From assembly GCA_035623985.1 (NCBI GenBank), contig DASPSJ010000109.1:979-64978 (forward strand): a stretch of DNA of 64,000 nt. Reading direction: 5' to 3'. The stretch comes from Stellaceae bacterium. GTDB lineage: Bacteria > Pseudomonadota > Alphaproteobacteria > ATCC43930 > CGMCC-115725. The notes beneath the pieces are model-generated. The model saw only the letters and a program-made list of their open reading frames with translations. It was not told the origin of the DNA and ran no database searches. Every line of letters begins with the position of its first letter. Within the stretch, counting starts at the first letter, position 1. The position numbers and the translations under genes were made by a program. Shown here piece by piece: positions 20,629 through 29,917 of the stretch.

Positions 20629-21567
20629 ATGAGCGAAGTCACCGCGCTGCGGCGCCGCGAGGAGCACAAATACGGCGGGTCGCCGGAAGGCATCAAGCAT
20701 CACTACGACATCGGGAACGAGTTCTGGCGCCTGATGCTCGGCCCGTCCTACACCTATTCCGCCGCGCTGTTCACCAATCCCAACGACGATCTCGAGACCG
20801 CGCAGCTCCGCAAGATCAACTGGCACCTGACGAGCGCCAACGTCCAGGACGCCGCCTCGGTCCTCGAGGTCGGCTGCGGCTGGGGCACCATCCTCACCCG
20901 GCTCAACCGGCTGGCGCACGTCCGCCGCGTCGTCGGCCTCACGCTGAGCCAGGCGCAGGCCGACCTTCTCAACGGCTTCGGCCTCGAGAAGGTCGAGGTG
21001 CGGGTCGAGAACTGGGCGAATTACGAGCCGAAAGAGACCTTCGATTCGATCATCTCGATCGGCGCCTTCGAGCATTTCGCCAAGCCCGACGAGACGCAGG
21101 AGGAGAAGATCTCGGTCTACCGCGATTTCTTCGAGCGCTGCCATCGCTGGCTCACCCCGAAGGGCCGGCTGTCGCTGCAAACCATCGCCTACGGCACGAT
21201 GCAGCGGCAGGACGCGAACGAGTTCATGATCACCGAGATCTATCCCGAATCGGATCTGCCCTATCTCGCCGACATCATCGCCGCGGTCGACGGCCTGTTC
21301 GAAGTGGTGGCGGTGCGCAACGACCGTTTCGACTACGCGCGCAGCTATGACGAGTGGCTGAAGAACCTGCGCGGCCGGCGCGACGAGGCCGTCCGCCTGG
21401 TGGGCGAAGAGCAGGTACGGCGTTTCGAGCGCTTCTACAAGCTCGGCTCCATCGGCTTCCGCATGGGCAAGATCTGGCTGTTGCGCTTCTGCCTGCGGCC
21501 GATCACGCACGACTGGCGCGCCACGGGCGAGCCGCTGAAGCTCGACGGCAGCGTGTCGTTCGCCTAG
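20629..21567 (+). CDS. cyclopropane-fatty-acyl-phospholipid-synthase-like SAM methyltransferase
   Basis: Start at ATG 20629 behind GAGGGAGGGA. Motifs 'IKHHYDIGNEFWRLMLGPSYTYSAALF', 'VLEVGCGWGT' and 'ISIGAFEHF' indicate the CFA/mycolic-acid methyltransferase family. Confidence 0.85.
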   Translation: MSEVTALRRREEHKYGGSPEGIKHHYDIGNEFWRLMLGPSYTYSAALFTNPNDDLETAQLRKINWHLTSANVQDAASVLEVGCGWGTILTRLNRLAHVRRVVGLTLSQAQADLLNGFGLEKVEVRVENWANYEPKETFDSIISIGAFEHFAKPDETQEEKISVYRDFFERCHRWLTPKGRLSLQTIAYGTMQRQDANEFMITEIYPESDLPYLADIIAAVDGLFEVVAVRNDRFDYARSYDEWLKNLRGRRDEAVRLVGEEQVRRFERFYKLGSIGFRMGKIWLLRFCLRPITHDWRATGEPLKLDGSVSFA

Positions 21568-22035
21568 CGCCGCCGCCGCACATGCCGAGACGGCGCGCGA
21601 TCGCGGTCGCCGTCTCCGCCGTCGCTCAGGGAGAGAGCCGCTCCGCGGTTCTCTCCCGTCCGCTCCCCGAGGGCACTTGCTTATGAGAATCACCACGGAG
21701 ACACGGAGGACACGGAGAAGCGGCCAACCCGGCCGGCCGCTTTGCGGCCGGCCTCGGAGGGTTCGATCGCGAAGCGATCGAATGGGTTGGCGGCGCGCTT
21801 CGCCCGGCTACGCGAAGCCGAAGCTTCGCTTCGGCGAAGGCAGGCGCGCCCAACAACGCTTCTCCGTGCCCTCCCTGCCTCCGCGGTCAATCTTTTCCGC
21901 CGGCGTCTGGGCGGCATATGCGATTGCCCGGCCGCCGCTCGCGGCGGCGGAGAGCGCCGGGGCAACGCGAAACGACGCGGCGTCGCGATCGGCGGCGGAA
22001 GCAAGAAGACCGGGTTCGGCGAGGGAGACTTCGAG

Positions 22036-23325
22036 ATGCTGAAAGCCGATTTGCGCCAGAACAGCGCCGCACAGCCGCCCGGGAGCACCGGTCGGAAGCC
22101 GTTGCGCTTCAATCCGGTGAGCGAGGAGTTCCATCAGGATCCCTATCCCGTCTATCAGTGGCTGCAACGCGATGAGCCGCGCTATCGGCTGCTCGGAAGC
22201 TGGGTCCTCACGCGCTTCGCCGACGTCGTCGAGGTCCTGTCGAATCGCGCCTACAGCTCCCGCCTGTTCGAGGACATCATCTGGAAGAACAAGCCCGATT
22301 TCGGGATTCCCGAGCCCGATCCGATACAATTCTTCATCCGCAAGGCGATCGTCTTCACCGAGAATCCCGACCATGCGCGGCTGCGGCGGCTGACCAACGA
22401 CAGCTTCACGCAGCGCCAGATCGACGCCGAGCGGCCGCTGATCGCGGCGGTGGTGGACGCGGCGATCGAGCGGGCCGCCCGGAGCGGCGTCGCCGACGTG
22501 GTCGAGGCGATCGCCGAGCCCGTGCCGCTGCGCGTCATGGCGGGGCGGCTCGGCCTCGAGGTCGACGCCCATCCCGGCTTCGCGCGCCGGATCAACGACG
22601 CAAGGCAGCTCCTCGATCCCGGGCTGATGACGCGGGAGGATTACGAGCGCACGCACGCCTCCATGACGGAGCTGATGGAGATCATGCGCAAGCAGGCCGG
22701 CGGCGGCTGCCCCTTCCACGGCGTCGGCAAGCACAACCTCATGGAAGGCCTGGAAGCGGCGCGCTGGGGCGAGGACCGTCTCGACCACGAGGAGATCCTG
22801 CTGCTGTCGATCATGACCTTCGTGGCCGGGACCGAGACGACGAAGGCGTTGATCGGCAACAGCATCTATCTCCTGCTCAGCCATCCCGACCAGCTTGCGC
22901 TGCTGCGCCGCGACCGCAGCCTCTTGCGCAACGCCGTCGAGGAGGTCATGCGCTATGAATCGCCGCTGCAACAGACCAAGCGGGTCGCGATCGAGGACAC
23001 CAGGCTCGGCGATGCGTCGATCCGCAAGGGCGAGCAGCTCTTGCTGTGCCTCGGCGCCGCCAATCGCGATCCCGCGCAATTCGCCGACCCGCAGCGCTTC
23101 GACATCGGCCGCGCCAACGCCAACGAGCATCTCGCCTTCGGCTACGGCATGCGCAATTGCCTGGGCGGCGGCCTCGCCGCGACGATCGCCGAGACGGTGA
23201 TCGAACGCCTTCTCCTCGACCGCACGGACGTGACGCTCGCCGGCGACGGGCTCCATTGGCAGACCAAGAGCCGCATCCTGCGCAGCCTCCAGCGATTGCC
23301 GGTCCGGTTGGGCGCGGCGGCATAG
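22036..23325 (+). CDS. cytochrome P450
   Basis: Start at ATG 22036 behind GAGGGAGA. I-helix 'FVAGTETT', 'EEVMRYESP' (ExxR) and the heme-thiolate loop 'FGYGMRNCLGGGLA'. Confidence 0.9.
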   Translation: MLKADLRQNSAAQPPGSTGRKPLRFNPVSEEFHQDPYPVYQWLQRDEPRYRLLGSWVLTRFADVVEVLSNRAYSSRLFEDIIWKNKPDFGIPEPDPIQFFIRKAIVFTENPDHARLRRLTNDSFTQRQIDAERPLIAAVVDAAIERAARSGVADVVEAIAEPVPLRVMAGRLGLEVDAHPGFARRINDARQLLDPGLMTREDYERTHASMTELMEIMRKQAGGGCPFHGVGKHNLMEGLEAARWGEDRLDHEEILLLSIMTFVAGTETTKALIGNSIYLLLSHPDQLALLRRDRSLLRNAVEEVMRYESPLQQTKRVAIEDTRLGDASIRKGEQLLLCLGAANRDPAQFADPQRFDIGRANANEHLAFGYGMRNCLGGGLAATIAETVIERLLLDRTDVTLAGDGLHWQTKSRILRSLQRLPVRLGAAA

Positions 23326-23335
23326 GGCGGGCGCC

Positions 23336-24130
23336 ATGGGCGATGCCGAGGTTACGCCGCTGGCCGGCTGGCTGCGCCTGCCGCCGGTCCAAGCCGCGAC
23401 GCGCGCGCTTCTGCTGTGCTTTCCGCATGCCGGCGGCAACGCCCTGTCCTTTAACGGCTGGGCGAAGGACCTGCCGGACTGGCTGGGGCTGGTGCGGGCG
23501 CTGCTGCCGGGGCGCGACGACCTCGCCGCGCTCGCGCCGGTGGAGCAGGCGGAAGAGATGGCGCCGCGATACCTCGCCGCGCTCGCCCAGCTCGGCGATT
23601 ATCCGCTCATCTTCTACGGCCACAGCCTCGGCGCCATCCTCGCTTTCGACCTCGCCCGCGCCATGCGCCGGCGCGGCCTGCGCCCGCCGCTTGCGCTCTG
23701 CGTCTCCGGCCGGCGCGCGCCGCCGCTGCCGCTCTCGCACGCCGCGCTCTCCACGCTCGCGGATGCGGCGCTGATCGCGGCGATGCGCGAGATGGGCGGA
23801 CCCATGATCGGCATCTTCGACAATCCGCGCTGGCGCGACCGCTTGTTCCCGTTGATGCGCGCCGATCTCGCCGTTTCCGACCACTACCGCTACGCCGCGG
23901 AGGCGCCGCTCGGCTGTCCGATCATCGCCTTCCACGGCGCCGAGGATTCGCTGGTCAAGGCCGCCGAGGTCATGGCCTGGCGCGCCGAGACGATCGGCGG
24001 CTTCCGCTTCCTGCCGGTCGAGGGCCGCCATTTCTTCGAGGCGCCGACGCGGCGGCGCATCATCGCGACGATCGTCGCCGAGGCCGAGGCGCGCCTGGCC
24101 GACCGCGCCGGCCGGGCGGAGGCGCGATGA
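23336..24130 (+). CDS. type II thioesterase (alpha/beta hydrolase)
   Basis: 'LLCFPHAGGNA' and the nucleophile elbow 'GHSLGA' are typical of PKS/NRPS-associated TEII. The stop overlaps the next start. Confidence 0.85.
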   Translation: MGDAEVTPLAGWLRLPPVQAATRALLLCFPHAGGNALSFNGWAKDLPDWLGLVRALLPGRDDLAALAPVEQAEEMAPRYLAALAQLGDYPLIFYGHSLGAILAFDLARAMRRRGLRPPLALCVSGRRAPPLPLSHAALSTLADAALIAAMREMGGPMIGIFDNPRWRDRLFPLMRADLAVSDHYRYAAEAPLGCPIIAFHGAEDSLVKAAEVMAWRAETIGGFRFLPVEGRHFFEAPTRRRIIATIVAEAEARLADRAGRAEAR

Positions 24131-25923
24131 GCGCCGCCGGCGCACCGCGGCCCGAGGAGCGATTGCTGCCCGAGGTGCTGGCGGGCTGGGCGGCGCGCGC
24201 GCCGGACAAGCCCGCCCTCGCCTTGCTCGACGAGCGCGGCGTCGAGATAGCGGCCCTCGGCTATCGCCCGCTTTACGAGCGCGCGCTGGCTCTTGCCGGG
24301 CGGCTCGCCGCCGCAACCGCGCGCGGCGACCGCGTTCTCATCGGCACCGAATCGCCGCTCGACTTCCTGATCGGCTTTTTCGCCTGCCTCATCGGCGGCC
24401 GCGTCGCCGTGCCGGTCATCCTGCCGCGGCGCAACAAGATGCGCGAGGCGACGCGCTCGATCTTCCAGGACAGCCGGCCGCGCTGCATCCTGACCGACGG
24501 GGAAGCGATCGAGCCGTTCCGCGCGCTCGCCGCCACGGCGCCCGAGGGCGAGCGGGCGACATGCCTCGCGATCGACGGCATCGCGGCGAGCGCGCCCGCC
24601 GGTCCCGCCTTCGCCGGCCCGCCGGTCGGCCCGGCGGACCTCGCCTTCCTGCAATACACTTCGGGCTCGACCTCCTCGCCGAAGGGCGTCATGGCGAGCC
24701 ACGGCAATCTCCGCGCCAATCTGGAGATGATCGCGGCGCGCTGGGGCAGCGGGCCGCACTCCCGGTTCGTGAGCTGGATCCCGCTGTTTCACGACATGGG
24801 ACTCATCCTGGTGGCGCTCCAGGCGATCCATGTCGGCGGCCTCTGCGTGTTCATGCGCCCGGCGCTGTTCTCGCAGCGCCCGCTGCTCTGGCTCAAGGCG
24901 ATCTCCGACTACCGCGCCGACATCGCCGGAGCGCCCGACTTCGCCTACGATCTCTGCCTGCGCCATTTCTCGGCGGAGAAGGCGTCGGGATTGGATCTGT
25001 CCTGCTGGCGCCTCGCCTTCAACGCCGCCGAGCCGGTGCGCGCCGACACCATCCGCCGCTTCTCCGCCGCCTTCGCGCCCTACGGCTTCGACGGCGCCGC
25101 GACCTATCCCTGCTACGGGCTTGCCGAGGCGACCGTCTTCGTCTCCGGCGGCAGGCCGGGCAAGGCGTTGCGCATGGCCGCGCTCGACCGCCGCGCGCTC
25201 GAAAGCGACCGCGTCCGTCCCGCGGTCCCCGGCGGCGAGGTCCAGGAGCTTGTCGCCTGCGGCCACGCGGTCGAGGGCGAGGAGATCCGGATCGTCGATC
25301 CGGAGACCCGCCTGCCGCAGCCGGAGCGGGCGCTCGGCGAGATCTGGGTTGCCGGCGCGAACGTCGCGCAGGGCTATTGGGAGAAGCCTGAGGCCAGCGA
25401 GGAGACCTTCCGCGCCCGCCTTGCCGACGGGTCGCCGGGCTCATTCCTGCGCACCGGCGACCTGGGCTTCCTCGACGGCGGCGAGGTGTTCATCGCCGGG
25501 CGGCGCAAGGACATGCTGATCCTGCGCGGCCGCAACTTCTACCCGCAGGACATCGAGAAGCTCGCCGAAAACGCCCATCCGGCGCTGCGGCCGACCTGCT
25601 CGGCCGCGGTGAGCGTCGGCGAGGGCGCCGAGGCGGCGCTCGTCATCATCGCCGAGGTCGAGCGGAGCTGGCGCCAAAAGGCCGATGGCGGCGAGGTGAC
25701 GGCGGCGGTGCGCGCCGCCATCGTCGCGGAGTTCGATCTCCACGTCCGCGAGGTCGTGCTGATCCGCGTCGGCACGATCCCCAAGACCACCAGCGGCAAG
25801 ATCCGCCGCGCGGAAGCGTGCCATCGCCATCTCGCGGGGACGCTGGAACGCCTCGACCGGGAAACGCCCGTTGCCGCGGCGCGGAGGGCGATGCCGGACG
25901 GCGGCATCGCTCTCCAGGACTGA
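24127..25923 (+). CDS. fatty acyl-AMP ligase (FAAL)
   Basis: 598 aa with 'LAFLQYTSGSTSSPKGVMASHGNL', 'YGLAEAT', 'LRTGDLGF' and 'PKTTSGKIRR'. It is a stand-alone adenylating enzyme with no fused carrier domain. Confidence 0.85.
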   Translation: MSAAGAPRPEERLLPEVLAGWAARAPDKPALALLDERGVEIAALGYRPLYERALALAGRLAAATARGDRVLIGTESPLDFLIGFFACLIGGRVAVPVILPRRNKMREATRSIFQDSRPRCILTDGEAIEPFRALAATAPEGERATCLAIDGIAASAPAGPAFAGPPVGPADLAFLQYTSGSTSSPKGVMASHGNLRANLEMIAARWGSGPHSRFVSWIPLFHDMGLILVALQAIHVGGLCVFMRPALFSQRPLLWLKAISDYRADIAGAPDFAYDLCLRHFSAEKASGLDLSCWRLAFNAAEPVRADTIRRFSAAFAPYGFDGAATYPCYGLAEATVFVSGGRPGKALRMAALDRRALESDRVRPAVPGGEVQELVACGHAVEGEEIRIVDPETRLPQPERALGEIWVAGANVAQGYWEKPEASEETFRARLADGSPGSFLRTGDLGFLDGGEVFIAGRRKDMLILRGRNFYPQDIEKLAENAHPALRPTCSAAVSVGEGAEAALVIIAEVERSWRQKADGGEVTAAVRAAIVAEFDLHVREVVLIRVGTIPKTTSGKIRRAEACHRHLAGTLERLDRETPVAAARRAMPDGGIALQD

Positions 25924-26076
25924 AAGCCCCTGGCCGCCGCCGGCCCCCCGGCGCCGCTCCTTGCCGCGGCGACTCGCGGGGATCTCGCGCGTTCCGGAGA
26001 AATGCGCCATAATGGTTCAAGCGAAGGTGGCGAGTCGACACAGTGCGCCTCCCGCATAAAGGGAAGGAACCCGCCC

Positions 26077-27573
26077 ATGGCGCTGCTCTCACCGTCATTG
26101 CCGGACGAACAAACGGCCTTCGACCGGGCCCGGGTCGCGGCCGACCTGCGCCGCCTGCTCGGGGCGCAGGCGGTCATCGCCAGCGAGGAGGGGATGAAGC
26201 CCTATGAATGCGACGGGCTCACCGCCTACCGCCAGCTTCCCGGCGTCGTCGCCATCCCGACCAGCAGCGAGGAGCTGCGCGCCGTCATCGGCTATTGCCA
26301 CGAGCGGCGCATCCCCATCGTGCCGCGCGGCGCCGGCACGAGCCTGTCGGGCGGCGCGCTGCCGCACTCCCAGGGCGTCCTGCTCAATCTCGCCCGGCTC
26401 AACCGCATCCTGTCGATCGACCCGCTGAGCCGCACCGCGCGGGTGCAGCCCGGGGTGCGCAACCTGCAGATCTCCGAAGCCGCCGCCAAGTTCGGCCTCT
26501 TCTACGCGCCCGATCCGTCCTCGCAGATCGCCTGCACCATCGGCGGCAACATCGCCGAGAATTCGGGCGGGCTGCATTGCATCAAATACGGCCTCACCGT
26601 GCACAACATCCTGAAAATCGAGGTCGTGCTGAGCAACGGCGAGCTGGTCACCATCGGCAGCGACGCGCTCGACACGCCGGGCTTCGACCTCCTGGCGCTC
26701 ATGACCGGCTCGGAAGGGCTGCTCGGCGTCGTCGCCGAGGCCACGGTGAAGCTGCTGGCCAAGCCGCGCTGCGTGCGCCTCGTCCTCGCCTGCTTCGACG
26801 ACATCGCCAAGGCCGGGGACGCCGTCGGCAACGTCATCGCGCGCGGCATCATTCCGGCCGGCTTCGAGATGATGGACAACCCGACGATCCGCACCGTCGA
26901 AGCCTTCAGCTCGTCGGGCTACGACGTCGAGGCGGCGGCGGTGCTGCTCTGCGAGCTTGACGGCTCGGTCGAGGACGTGGAGGAGAATTTCGGCAAGGTC
27001 CAGGCGATCCTGCGGGAGAGCGGCGCGACCTCGCTGCGCGTCGCGCGCGACGAGGCGGAGCGCCAGCGCTTCTGGGCCGGGCGCAAGGGCGCGCTGCCCG
27101 CGGCCGGACGCATCTCGCCCGACTATTACTGCATGGACGGGACGATCCCGCGCCGGCACATCGCCGTGGTGCTGGCCCGCATCGCCGAGCTGTCGCGCCA
27201 ATACGGGCTGCGCGTCACCAACGTCTTCCACGCCGGCGACGGCAATCTCCACCCGCTCGTCCTCTATGACGCGAGCAAGCCCAAGGAGCTGCGCATCGCC
27301 GAGGAGCTTGGCGGCAAGATCCTCGAGCTGTGCGTCGAAATGGGCGGCACGGTGACCGGCGAGCACGGCGTCGGCGCGGAGAAGCTCAACCAGATGTGCG
27401 TCCAGTTCGGCGCCGACGAGCTCGATCAGTTCCACGCCGTCAAGCGCGCCTTCGACCCCGCCGGCATCTTCAACCCGGGCAAGGGCGTGCCGACGCTGCA
27501 TCGCTGCGCCGAGTTCGGCGCGATGCACGTCCACAAGGGCGAGCTGCGCTTCCCGGATCTGCCGCGCTTCTAG
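26077..27573 (+). CDS. glcD: glycolate oxidase subunit GlcD (FAD-linked oxidase)
   Basis: Start at ATG 26077. Motifs 'IVPRGAGTSLSGGALP', 'HAGDGNLHP' and 'GTVTGEHGVGAEK'. It is followed by glcE and glcF. Confidence 0.9.
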   Translation: MALLSPSLPDEQTAFDRARVAADLRRLLGAQAVIASEEGMKPYECDGLTAYRQLPGVVAIPTSSEELRAVIGYCHERRIPIVPRGAGTSLSGGALPHSQGVLLNLARLNRILSIDPLSRTARVQPGVRNLQISEAAAKFGLFYAPDPSSQIACTIGGNIAENSGGLHCIKYGLTVHNILKIEVVLSNGELVTIGSDALDTPGFDLLALMTGSEGLLGVVAEATVKLLAKPRCVRLVLACFDDIAKAGDAVGNVIARGIIPAGFEMMDNPTIRTVEAFSSSGYDVEAAAVLLCELDGSVEDVEENFGKVQAILRESGATSLRVARDEAERQRFWAGRKGALPAAGRISPDYYCMDGTIPRRHIAVVLARIAELSRQYGLRVTNVFHAGDGNLHPLVLYDASKPKELRIAEELGGKILELCVEMGGTVTGEHGVGAEKLNQMCVQFGADELDQFHAVKRAFDPAGIFNPGKGVPTLHRCAEFGAMHVHKGELRFPDLPRF

Positions 27574-27581
27574 GCGACCGC

Positions 27582-28664
27582 ATGCCCGCCATCGCCCTCA
27601 CCGAGGCGCCCGACGCCCGCAACGAGTTCCGCGAGATCATCCGCGACGCCGCGGCGCGCGGCGCGCCGCTGCGCCTCCAGGGCAGCAACAGCAAGGCGTT
27701 TCTCGGCCGCGCCACCGCGGGAACCGTCCTCGACACGCGCGGCCACGCCGGCGTCATCGACTATCATCCCTCGGAGCTCGTCATCACCGCGCGCGCCGGC
27801 ACCCCGCTCGCCGAGGTCGAGGCAACCCTCGCCGAGAAGGGGCAGATGCTGGCCTTCGAGCCGCCGCATTTCGGCGACGCGGCGACGCTGGGCGGCACGC
27901 TCGCCTGCGCGCTGTCCGGCCCGCGCCGGCCCTATGCCGGGGCGGCGCGCGATTTCGTGCTCGGCGTCACGCTGATCGACGGGCGCGGGCGGCTGCTGCG
28001 GTTCGGCGGCCAGGTCATCAAGAACGTCGCGGGATACGACGTCTCGCGCCTCGTCATCGGCGCGATGGGAACGCTGGGGCTGATGACCGAGATCTCGCTC
28101 AACGTGCTGCCGCGCCCGGCGGCGGAGGCGACGATCCGGCTCGAGCGCGACACGGCCGAGGCGATCCGCACGGTCAATGAATGGATGCGCACCCCCTCGC
28201 CGATATCGGCGGTCTGCTTCGGCGACGGGCAGCTCCATGTCCGCTTCTCCGGCTCGGCGGCCGACATGCGCGCCGCCGCCGCCAAGCTCGGCGGCGCCGA
28301 GATCGAGGACGCCGGGCGTTTCTGGAGCGACCTGCGCGAGCACCGCCTCGCGTTCTTCCGCGAGGCGCCGGCGCTGTGGCGGCTCTCCGTGCCGCCGACG
28401 ACGCCGCCGCTGCCGCTGCCGGGGCGCTGGCTGATCGAGTGGAACGGCGGCCTGCGCTGGCTGGTCTCCGCCGCCTCGACCGAGGAGATCCGCGCCGCCG
28501 CCGATGCCGCGGGCGGCCATGCCACGCTGTTCCGGGCCGAGAGGCCCTGCAACGACGTCTTCCATCCGCTGGCGCCCGGCATCGAGGCGCTGCACCACGC
28601 CCTCAAGGCGGCTTTCGACCCGCACCGGATCCTCAATCCCGGCCGCCAATACGAGACGATCTGA
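27582..28664 (+). CDS. glcE: glycolate oxidase FAD-binding subunit GlcE
   Basis: Start at ATG 27582 (MPAIALTE...). Motifs 'LRLQGSNSKAFLG', 'VIKNVAGYDVSRL' and 'FDPHRILNPG'. Confidence 0.85.
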   Translation: MPAIALTEAPDARNEFREIIRDAAARGAPLRLQGSNSKAFLGRATAGTVLDTRGHAGVIDYHPSELVITARAGTPLAEVEATLAEKGQMLAFEPPHFGDAATLGGTLACALSGPRRPYAGAARDFVLGVTLIDGRGRLLRFGGQVIKNVAGYDVSRLVIGAMGTLGLMTEISLNVLPRPAAEATIRLERDTAEAIRTVNEWMRTPSPISAVCFGDGQLHVRFSGSAADMRAAAAKLGGAEIEDAGRFWSDLREHRLAFFREAPALWRLSVPPTTPPLPLPGRWLIEWNGGLRWLVSAASTEEIRAAADAAGGHATLFRAERPCNDVFHPLAPGIEALHHALKAAFDPHRILNPGRQYETI

Positions 28665-28675
28665 AGGAGAGCGAC

Positions 28676-29917
28676 TTGGACGGCGCGATCGAGCCGCAGA
28701 TCGAGACCGAGGCGATCGAGGAGGCGAAAGCCATCCTCGCCAAATGCGTCCATTGCGGCTTTTGCGCCGCCACCTGCCCGACCTATCAGCTCACCGGCGA
28801 CGAGCTCGAGGGACCGCGCGGCCGGATCTACCTGATCAAGGAAATGCTGGAGGGCAAGCCCGTCTCGACCGAGACGCAAACGCATCTCGACCGCTGCCTC
28901 ACCTGCCTCGGCTGCGAGACGACCTGTCCCTCGGGCGTGCGCTACGGCCACCTCGTCGAGGTCGGCCGCACCGTCCTCGAGCGGCGCGTGCCGCGCACCG
29001 CCGGCGACCGGCTGTTGCGCGCGGCGCTGACCGCGGTCCTCCCCCATCGCCGCCGCTTCGCCGCCCTGCTGCGCCTGGGGCAGGCGGTGCGCGGCGTGCT
29101 GCCGGCGCGCCTCCAGCGCGCCGTGCCGCCCAGGGCCCGGGCCGGCGCCTGGCCGCCGCCGCGGCACAAGCGGCGGGTCGTCCTCATGCAAGGCTGCGTC
29201 CAGCCCTCGCTCGCGCCCGACATCAACGCGGCCAGCGCGCGGGTGCTCGATCGCCTCGGCATCTCGGCGGTCACGGTCGACGATCGCTGCTGCGGCGCGC
29301 TCGGCCATCACACCGGAGCGCCCGAGCAGGCGCGCCGGCTCATGAAGCACAACATCGACGCCTGGAGCGCGGCCATCGCCGAGGGATGCGAGGCGATCGG
29401 CGTCACCGCCACCGGCTGCGCCGCCTTCATCAAGGACTATGCCTATCTGCTGCGCGACGACCGCGCCTATGCCGACAAGGCCAAGGCGCTGATGCCGCGG
29501 CTCAGGGACCTGGCCGAGATCCTGCGCGGCGAGGCGCTGCGCGACCTGCCCGGCGCCGGCAGCGGCCGCATCGCCTGTCACGTCCCCTGCTCGCTCCAGC
29601 ACGGCGAGAAGCTGCCGGGCGTCGTCGAGAGCATCCTGAGGGAGCGCGGCTTCACGCTCACGGAAGTGCCGGAGGCGCATCTGTGCTGCGGCTCCGCCGG
29701 CAGCTATTCGCTGCGCGAGCCGGAGGCATCCGAGCAGCTCCGGCAGCGCAAGCTCGCGGCGCTGCAATCGGATTCGCCCGAGCTGATCGCGACCGCCAAT
29801 ATCGGCTGCCTGATGCATCTGGCGGCCGAGGCCGAGCGGCCCGTGCTGCACTGGATCGAGCTCTTCGCCGCGAGCCTCGAAGGCGAGCCGGGCCAAGCCC
29901 GCGCGGCAGCGCGGTAA
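28676..29917 (+). CDS. glcF: glycolate oxidase iron-sulfur subunit GlcF
   Basis: TTG start at 28676 behind GAAGGAGA. Two ferredoxin-type clusters ('CVHCGFCAATCPTY', 'CLTCLGCETTCPSGV') plus CCG-type Cys-rich repeats. Confidence 0.85.
   Translation: MDGAIEPQIETEAIEEAKAILAKCVHCGFCAATCPTYQLTGDELEGPRGRIYLIKEMLEGKPVSTETQTHLDRCLTCLGCETTCPSGVRYGHLVEVGRTVLERRVPRTAGDRLLRAALTAVLPHRRRFAALLRLGQAVRGVLPARLQRAVPPRARAGAWPPPRHKRRVVLMQGCVQPSLAPDINAASARVLDRLGISAVTVDDRCCGALGHHTGAPEQARRLMKHNIDAWSAAIAEGCEAIGVTATGCAAFIKDYAYLLRDDRAYADKAKALMPRLRDLAEILRGEALRDLPGAGSGRIACHVPCSLQHGEKLPGVVESILRERGFTLTEVPEAHLCCGSAGSYSLREPEASEQLRQRKLAALQSDSPELIATANIGCLMHLAAEAERPVLHWIELFAASLEGEPGQARAAAR

Noticed and set aside
16533-25923. 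Isonitrile-lipopeptide-type pathway (FAAL + ACP + thioesterase + Fe/2OG oxidase, as in actinobacterial Sco/Mma clusters).
   Set aside because: The thioesterase here is an alpha/beta-hydrolase TEII ('GHSLGA'), not the hotdog-fold enzyme of those clusters. The dioxygenases carry the CAS-like HxE/HGR signature. No NRPS is present, so the resemblance is superficial.
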